Positions 58,005-64,000 of a stretch of DNA of 64,000 bases are shown in pieces (position 1 is the first letter of the stretch; every line of letters begins with the position of its first letter). The DNA is from Nitrososphaerota archaeon (GTDB taxonomy: Archaea; Thermoproteota; Nitrososphaeria_A; Caldarchaeales; Calditenuaceae), in NCBI GenBank assembly GCA_038845265.1, contig JAWBQR010000003.1, positions 72,667 through 136,666 on the forward strand, given 5' to 3'. The notes under the pieces are model-generated. The model made no database searches. It saw only the letters and a program-made list of their open reading frames with translations, and had not been told where the DNA came from. Made by a program: the position numbers and the translations under genes.

Positions 58005-58931
58005 TTGTGCAAATGTAAATCTCCTTTAGAAAAGTTAATAAGCTACCGATCTATTGTTAATCACATGGAAAAATTGTGGGTCGAGCGGAAAGAAGACTCT
58101 AAGACTGCTGAGAGTGATATTCTGAGATTACCTAGGTGGTACTATCCGCTGGCCTTACCTTTGATTAACGTTTGTGAAGAGAAATCGATTGCTGAAATTT
58201 CTATTGTTTCTAAGGATGTGCCAGGAGCTATGGCCCTTATCTCTTCAATACTGGCCAGTAAGAATATCAACATTATGAGTGGATTAATTACCAGTGCCAG
58301 TCAACAAGGTAAGTCCATTTTGACAATTTTCATTGACTATTCAGGGACTGGACTCACTATAGAGTCTATTAGAAATACTCTTCTTTCATTAAAAATTGTT
58401 GAAGATGTCAACATAAATACTCCAATATATGAGGGACTCTTGATTGAGCAGTTTGGATTCCCATTATTATTAGCCGGCAGACGATACATCTTAATGTCTC
58501 TTGACTGCTTCAACGTGATGATTAAGCGTATGCAAAGCATCTTGGGAACCTCGGGGCTAGTACTCTTCTATGAAATGGGAAAATATGCTGGTGAGAAGAG
58601 AGCTAGACATCTAAAGGAAGTATTTGACCTCCATGGTTGGCAGCTCGTCATGGTAGCACTTTCAGAGACGCAGCCAATAGGTTGGGGGATAGCTGAGCTA
58701 ACTATGATTAATGATGAAGCAAAGGAATGGCGGGTAAGTGTAAAGGACTTATTTGAATGCACCCCATTTAGAAACGGTACAAAAGAATGTAGAAGCCACT
58801 TTTTCAGAGGTTATCTTGAAGGGGTGTTTAAGGAGGCATACGAGCTGGACAAGACGTCATGCATCGAGGAGAAGTGTATTGCGAATGGTTCTGATACATG
58901 TGAATTTGTGATTACGGGGATCAAAGCATAG
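58005..58931 (+). CDS. ACT-domain plus V4R-domain protein (putative small-molecule-binding regulator)
   Basis: ACT: …ISIVSKDVPGAMALISSILASKNINIMSG…. C-terminal V4R signature …GSDTCEFVITG…. Confidence 0.5.
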   Translation: MCKCKSPLEKLISYRSIVNHMEKLWVERKEDSKTAESDILRLPRWYYPLALPLINVCEEKSIAEISIVSKDVPGAMALISSILASKNINIMSGLITSASQQGKSILTIFIDYSGTGLTIESIRNTLLSLKIVEDVNINTPIYEGLLIEQFGFPLLLAGRRYILMSLDCFNVMIKRMQSILGTSGLVLFYEMGKYAGEKRARHLKEVFDLHGWQLVMVALSETQPIGWGIAELTMINDEAKEWRVSVKDLFECTPFRNGTKECRSHFFRGYLEGVFKEAYELDKTSCIEEKCIANGSDTCEFVITGIKA

Positions 58932-58996
58932 AACGATACTTAAAACATGCCAGATTGATATATGCCTGATTTAGCATTATATTGTTAGCTGATACC

Positions 58997-59003
58997 TAAA
59001 TAT
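58997..59003 (+). promoter_or_regulatory. TATA-like box (TAAATAT) 25-31 nt upstream of tRNA-His
   Basis: Position and composition. Confidence 0.4.
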
Positions 59004-59027
59004 GAGTATACAGTTATTGAAAGCGAT

Positions 59028-59131
59028 GGCCGCGGTGAGGTAATTGGTAGCCTCCCGGCCTGTGGAGGCTTACGCAGTTAGCCGGAAAGGAGTATTCCCC
59101 GGAGGTCGGGGTTCGAGTCCCCGCCGCGGCC
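59028..59131 (+). tRNA. tRNA-His (GUG) with encoded G-1 and C73, interrupted by ~30 nt of intronic sequence (probably two introns)
   Basis: Acceptor GCCGCGG/CCGCGGC, D-arm AGGT-AATTGGTA-GCCT, anticodon stem CCGGC…GCCGG with loop CTGTGG^A (14-nt insert 59066-59079 at 37/38), T-arm CGGGG-TTCGAGT-CCCCG. A further ~16-nt insert sits between anticodon stem and T-stem. Confidence 0.65.
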
Positions 59132-59188
59132 TCATATTAGTTCTATTCTGAAATTCACTATCGCATGTAGAATACTACGATATTTAAG

Positions 59189-59629
59189 TTGAATGTTTTA
59201 TCGAGTAGGGTGAAAGCCATGAGAGTAAGGGCTGTATGGATTTCTGGTTTTAGAAGCGTTTTGGACAATAATAGAGGACATAGCGTTATCATAGATTTGC
59301 CGAAGCAAGATAAGGGAGATGATACTGGACCTACTGCATTAGAACTAATGGCTATGAGCTATGTAGGATGCGTGGCGACTATATTCAAGATAGTTGCGGA
59401 TAAGCGAGGGCTTACATTTGAAGACTTAGAAATTAATTTAGAAGCAGTGAAAGGCGAGAAAACAATAGAAAGAGGGGCAGGTAAATTAATTATTAAAACC
59501 ACGGCAAAGAAGGAAGAAGTAGAAAATGCTCTGCGGTTAACATTGCAGGTTTGTCCAGTTGGAATAATATTTGATAATGCAGGAATTAAAATTGACTGGC
59601 AAGTAGAGTGCGTCAACATTAAATCTTAA
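59189..59629 (+). CDS. OsmC/Ohr-family peroxiredoxin-like protein
   Basis: …TGPTALELMAMSYVGCVATIF… and …LQVCPVG… Cys motifs. Confidence 0.65.
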   Translation: MNVLSSRVKAMRVRAVWISGFRSVLDNNRGHSVIIDLPKQDKGDDTGPTALELMAMSYVGCVATIFKIVADKRGLTFEDLEINLEAVKGEKTIERGAGKLIIKTTAKKEEVENALRLTLQVCPVGIIFDNAGIKIDWQVECVNIKS

Positions 59630-59743
59630 AAGTTTCTTAATTTTATGAAGAAATAAGCTGTTTTTCTGGATATTTAGTCCTACCTTGAGATTTATATCCT
59701 ATATATGTTGTAGTATGTTCATATACTTCCATGAATATTACTT

Positions 59744-60004
59744 TTGTCGATAATGGAGGATAAAGGGAAAATAAAAAGAATTGTAAGCACGACGGTCCAA
59801 GACCCAATGATGACTGTGAAAGAGATGGTCAAAACTGCGGGAGAAGTCAGTGAAGAGCTAGGTGGTTTTATAATACAAGTCAAAGATCCAAATAATTTTC
59901 CTTGGAGTGAATTGTTTCGATATTTGTTAAGTCTCAATCATACTGTCTGGATAGATCTGAGAGATGATAGCTTATTTATCATCACATGTCCGAAGGCGGA
60001 TTAA
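59744..60004 (+). CDS. Small hypothetical protein (86 aa)
   Basis: ORF only, no family recognised. Confidence 0.25.
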   Translation: MSIMEDKGKIKRIVSTTVQDPMMTVKEMVKTAGEVSEELGGFIIQVKDPNNFPWSELFRYLLSLNHTVWIDLRDDSLFIITCPKAD

Positions 60005-61419
60005 GTTATCATTAATGGAACCTGCAGATATATCATTAGTAATGAAATTAGGAATGTAGGGATGCTTACTATTGCTCCAGGCTTGATCCATTCTTTTAAA
60101 GTCATATGTCCTATCTTCTGTCTCTCAACTAGACCAGCTGCAACGATATTGGCAGTACTGCCAATGATTGTTAAGTTGCCCATTAATGTTCCTGCAAATA
60201 GTAGCACCCACCACAATGGTGCGACATTAACTCCTAACTGTGATAACTGTGTAACTATTGATGACCATAACGTTACTGCTAATACATTATCCATCAGAGC
60301 AGACATTAACCCCGCGATCCACCCAGTACTAAACATGAGTGGAAATATTTCGGTTCCAGTAGATGTTATTATTGTGTTAGCAATTAATGAAGTAGCGCCC
60401 GTGTAAGTTAGCGTGCCAACAGTGGCGAAAAACATTAAAAAGAATGAAAGTGTCCACCAATCTACTCTCTTCTCAACTAATTCCCTAGCTCTCACTCTTT
60501 CAAGTAATATTACTATCCCAGCTGATATGAGTGGCACACCTATAAGCATTGTGTTTTTATCGAGACCCAACATACTCTCTATAAATGTATGAAAGATTAA
60601 CCCTACTAATGTTCCAGCAAAAATAATACTTGCTACTATCATATCTTTTTTATTTGCCGCTGGATCTTTCACAACAAGCTGAACGGCCAGCTCCTTTCGC
60701 ACAACCTTTAATTGCTCATCTATTTCTTTTATATAATCTTTAAAATAATATATTGATAAGAAATATGATAAGACTAGGCATGTTATAGATATGGGTGCCG
60801 CCCATCTTAGAAAATCAGAAAATCCGTATCCTGACCTTAATGCGACTATAACACCCACGGGGTTGCCGACGACCGTCGCACTACTACCAATGTTGGTCGC
60901 AAATACTGTCATAATTATGAGAGGAATGGGGGAAACTTTTAGCCTTGCTGATAAGTGGATAACTAGTGCAGTCATGAAGAGGATTGATGTAACTTCGTCG
61001 ACCAGGGCTGCTGATAAAGCAGCCATAAACATTATGAGGAATAATGTTCTTTTGGCGCTATCTTTTCCGTATTTCATTACTCTGTCAAGTATAGCTTCGA
61101 AGAAATGTTTCTCTTCTAGGAATCCAATAATTATCATCATTCCTATCAGGAAGATAATTATGTCTAGGCCTGCAAACTCTATTAGGTGAGGGACGTCGAG
61201 TAGTCCTGAGCCTAGCAATATACCAATGCCTAAAAATGTGAAAGCCAGCCTAAACCTCCAATAAAAGAGCGCACCCATTATGATTGATGAGAAAACCCAA
61301 ATTGACAATGATTGTTTAAAGGGAATCCCCAAAAATATCGATATAATAAACACTGAGATGCTTATAGCAACAAAGACCCCTGGTTTAATTCTTTTCCATT
61401 CAATGATCATCTCGAACAC
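60001..61419 (-). CDS. ArsB/NhaD-superfamily (SLC13/CitMHS-like) anion permease
   Basis: 472 aa, 2x5-6 TM repeat with a central hydrophilic loop. Confidence 0.6.
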   Translation of the reverse strand: MFEMIIEWKRIKPGVFVAISISVFIISIFLGIPFKQSLSIWVFSSIIMGALFYWRFRLAFTFLGIGILLGSGLLDVPHLIEFAGLDIIIFLIGMMIIIGFLEEKHFFEAILDRVMKYGKDSAKRTLFLIMFMAALSAALVDEVTSILFMTALVIHLSARLKVSPIPLIIMTVFATNIGSSATVVGNPVGVIVALRSGYGFSDFLRWAAPISITCLVLSYFLSIYYFKDYIKEIDEQLKVVRKELAVQLVVKDPAANKKDMIVASIIFAGTLVGLIFHTFIESMLGLDKNTMLIGVPLISAGIVILLERVRARELVEKRVDWWTLSFFLMFFATVGTLTYTGATSLIANTIITSTGTEIFPLMFSTGWIAGLMSALMDNVLAVTLWSSIVTQLSQLGVNVAPLWWVLLFAGTLMGNLTIIGSTANIVAAGLVERQKIGHMTLKEWIKPGAIVSIPTFLISLLMIYLQVPLMIT

Positions 61420-61550
61420 CAGGTACGAGTATTTTACTCAAATCATTAGCTATACGCTTATTTTTTAGTATAGCTAATGATTCAGACATACGTTCCACAC
61501 ACTACAATTTAACCATTACACCAATTTCAGTGATAAGAGACCACACTCAA

Positions 61551-62267
61551 TTACCACAAATCAGTCCATATCAATTTTTGTAAATCAATTAAATAATAAT
61601 TTGCAGTCTTGATATTTTGAATAGACACTTTGGCAAGATCTACGATCCGATCTACTCGAGCCATAACCGGAGCATCACTTGTTGCAACTATATAGCCTGT
61701 CTTGATAAGCTCTGAGTCGACTGAGCGGCACGTTAATGCTGTTCCATTAACTGACAGTCTTTCTAATTCTTCTCTGATAAATTCAGAGAATTCGCCACTG
61801 TAGCTTACGTTTGCTTCAAGGAGAAAAAGGGCTACTGAAGGAGCCAGTGACGCTGTCTTTTTTAAAATACTGCTAGTTGCTTCATATGCATCTGGCTGTT
61901 TTAGTATTGATGTATGGAGTTCAGATAAATCTCTGATAAAACCATCCAGAGACTTGACTATTATTCCACCCGACATGGCAGATAATACGGTCCCCAGAAC
62001 GTTAAGAAAATCTACAGCGAGGCACTTGCCTCTGAGCTTACTTGGCTCCACGGTCTTCTCCTTTACATTAGATATCCAGTCAAGTGGATGAACACAACGA
62101 TAAATTAAGCTTCTTAATCTCTTATCCATATTATATTTATCACCAATAATGTCTCGTACAGTCTCACGGCGATATCCCCTCTCCAGCATCCAAAGCGCGT
62201 CAAGAACCGCCTCCCTTAATGTTATCACGTCTAAGCTAAGTGGAGCCTTATAATGATCTACACCCAT
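61551..62267 (-). CDS. Hypothetical protein (238 aa)
   Basis: ORF with ordinary composition, no family recognised. Confidence 0.35.
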   Translation of the reverse strand: MGVDHYKAPLSLDVITLREAVLDALWMLERGYRRETVRDIIGDKYNMDKRLRSLIYRCVHPLDWISNVKEKTVEPSKLRGKCLAVDFLNVLGTVLSAMSGGIIVKSLDGFIRDLSELHTSILKQPDAYEATSSILKKTASLAPSVALFLLEANVSYSGEFSEFIREELERLSVNGTALTCRSVDSELIKTGYIVATSDAPVMARVDRIVDLAKVSIQNIKTANYYLIDLQKLIWTDLW

Positions 62268-62358
62268 GTTTCACTGATACCTCTAATTTAGTCTATAATT
62301 CTCAGCCTAATAAAACTGTGGATAACTTAGAATAATACTAATAACCCAAATGTCGCAA

Positions 62359-64000
62359 TTATTTTAAGTATACGCCTGGCCTAAGTGGAGTCGCCTGCAT
62401 GGCCTTTCCCATCGGATCATCAACTGCATCTTCTGCACGCAATATTTCTACACCGCATCCAATCTCTATCTGAATGTAATTTCTAGCACTGGAATATACG
62501 TTGAATTCCTCATCTATAACCTTCAGAACAACTTCAGCACCATATCTAGGGATCAATTCTCTTAAAGTTGAGGCGATTTTCTCAATCAAGATTGGGAGCC
62601 GCTTGGCCTCAGATGGCACCTCTGCTATCAGCTTCTTGATTATTTGTCTAGGCTTCGAGGCAGCGTCTTGGACTCCGGCCGCAATGACCTCCTCCACTAT
62701 TCTTCTCATCCATCTTGGAGCGACAAATATATTCACCATACTTGGACGCTTGCCTGTCGCCTCTATTATCTCATTTACATCCTCTATAACTTTCTCAATG
62801 ATCTCCTCTTTCAGGAGAATGTCGTCAGGTATCTGCTCCGGTATTTCTGGCCAACTACTGTTTGAGACTAACCCTTCGCCGCCTATTATGCTCCATGCCT
62901 CCTCTGCTGTAAACGGAGCGAAGGGCGATAACGCTTTAATCCAGGACTCAATATAGGGTTTCGATGCCGGCCCTGGCCGACCTCCTCTTCTCTTAAGATA
63001 TCTTTTCCAGTCATTACTCATCAGGTATAAAACCGTCGCCGCCGCACTTCTAGTCTTCAACACTTCAAGATAGCTATCGATATCAGTTAACCACTTTTTT
63101 AATCTGGCTATTAACCAAGCGTCTATATCCGTAAAGGAATCGTCTTTCCGGCTGGAAGCATAATCCGAGATAGTCTTGAGGAATGCGTCAAGTGATTTTC
63201 TGACCTCTTCTGCATTCTTTGACCGCCAGTCTGGGTCGTTCATCTCTTCTGCAGATAGTAGAAGGGCGAGCCTAGTTGCATCCGCACCATACTTCGAGAT
63301 AGCTGTTTTTAGAGGCACGAAATTCCCCTTACTCTTGCTCATCTTTTCGCCCTCGACCTGTACCATCCCGTTAATTCCTACTGCCCTAGGCCATTTCTCT
63401 GGAGTAAATATCGCGACATGGTGAAAGATGAAGAATGTGAGATGATTCGGTAAAAGCTCCTTGGCAGATATCCTTAGATCTACTGGATACCAGTACTCAA
63501 ATTCCTCTCTCATCTGTTCAAGGATTTCCCGTGGAATACCTGTGGATATTGATAACTTCTCGGGGTTACCTATGCCTAGGAATACATAGTTTAGAACATC
63601 TATGCTTAGTTGACTATTCGACACGATTCCTAAATTTAGATACTTACTTATCGTGTACAGGGCTTGATAAATTGTAGAGTCGCTGAGTGTCTCTACTATC
63701 CATGAATTATCGAAGGGAAGTCTCGTCCCAAGTCCTGTCTTCCTAGCGCAGGGCCAGTCCCTTAGCCAGTCAACCACGTTGTAGAACCACTGCCTAGCCG
63801 TCTCCGGATAGATCTTCATCTGGTTAAGATGCGACTTGACGATTTCTTTCCAGTCACCGTCGGAATACGTTAGGAACCATTGGTCTTGAACGATCTTAAC
63901 TATGCATTCATCACCTGACCGACATATTACTTTCTCCGGCAGATCATACATTAACCCGCCTAATCCTTCTCTAATTAGTCTGTCCTTGACGATGTCTCGG
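62359..64000 (-). CDS. leuS: Leucyl-tRNA synthetase, C-terminal ~545 aa. Gene continues past the right edge
   Basis: …KMSKSKGN… class I KMSKS motif, anticodon-binding and C-terminal domains of archaeal LeuRS. No start codon inside the window. Confidence 0.85.
   Translation of the reverse strand, partial: RDIVKDRLIREGLGGLMYDLPEKVICRSGDECIVKIVQDQWFLTYSDGDWKEIVKSHLNQMKIYPETARQWFYNVVDWLRDWPCARKTGLGTRLPFDNSWIVETLSDSTIYQALYTISKYLNLGIVSNSQLSIDVLNYVFLGIGNPEKLSISTGIPREILEQMREEFEYWYPVDLRISAKELLPNHLTFFIFHHVAIFTPEKWPRAVGINGMVQVEGEKMSKSKGNFVPLKTAISKYGADATRLALLLSAEEMNDPDWRSKNAEEVRKSLDAFLKTISDYASSRKDDSFTDIDAWLIARLKKWLTDIDSYLEVLKTRSAAATVLYLMSNDWKRYLKRRGGRPGPASKPYIESWIKALSPFAPFTAEEAWSIIGGEGLVSNSSWPEIPEQIPDDILLKEEIIEKVIEDVNEIIEATGKRPSMVNIFVAPRWMRRIVEEVIAAGVQDAASKPRQIIKKLIAEVPSEAKRLPILIEKIASTLRELIPRYGAEVVLKVIDEEFNVYSSARNYIQIEIGCGVEILRAEDAVDDPMGKAMQATPLRPGVYLK

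Noticed and set aside
62501-62956. 151-aa plus-strand ORF and others inside leuS
   Set aside because: They are antisense to the LeuRS coding sequence.
1-64000. Search for CRISPR arrays, rRNA genes, transposases/integrases and C/D-box sRNAs in intergenic regions
   Set aside because: No direct-repeat/spacer periodicity, no rRNA-like conserved blocks and no transposase/integrase ORFs were seen. Candidate C-box-like strings (for example GATGATGC at ~55163 and GTGATGA at ~18356) lack correctly spaced D boxes.

Overview
This is a 64 kb archaeal chromosomal window. Gene content points to a Thermoproteales/Thermofilaceae-like crenarchaeon: crenactin, a canonical Sulfolobus-type SSB, tRNAs that need intron splicing, the archaeal PoK/PPS coenzyme A route, a class I LysRS and the rpl3-rpl4-rpl23-rpl2 block. 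Coding density is high. I call about 70 CDS, among them PriS (partial at the left edge), LeuCD, an ECF transporter, AhcY, aIF2-beta, four ribosomal proteins, an AglH-centred glycosylation cluster, IlvE, a KdgK plus Eda-type aldolase pair, NfeD-stomatin, and LeuRS (partial at the right edge). There are three tRNA genes: Leu-GAG, Ala-GGC, and a His-GUG that appears to carry two introns. I found no CRISPR array, no rRNA and no obvious transposase. The observations most worth a second look are listed below.
- A four-CBS protein whose C-terminus looks like bacterial HPF/RaiA, which would be a candidate archaeal ribosome-hibernation factor.
- A 2.1 kb block covering rpl4, rpl23, rpl2 and their 3' region whose coding strand has almost only G/T at third codon positions, with a sharp boundary at the rpl3 stop.
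- A stand-alone one-TM protein carrying the AglB/STT3 C-terminal signatures (WWDYG and DDIMKF) without the catalytic TM domain.
- A glycosylation/surface cluster around AglH that contains several uncharacterised genes.
- An Eda-type KDPG aldolase fused to a VOC (glyoxalase-like) domain next to KdgK.
- Two AT-rich accessory islands (11.8-14.5 kb and 38.3-41.2 kb), set against strong GC heterogeneity across the window.
- A gene near 36.7 kb that appears frameshifted.
Everything here is read by eye from the sequence and from memory of protein families. No database search was run.
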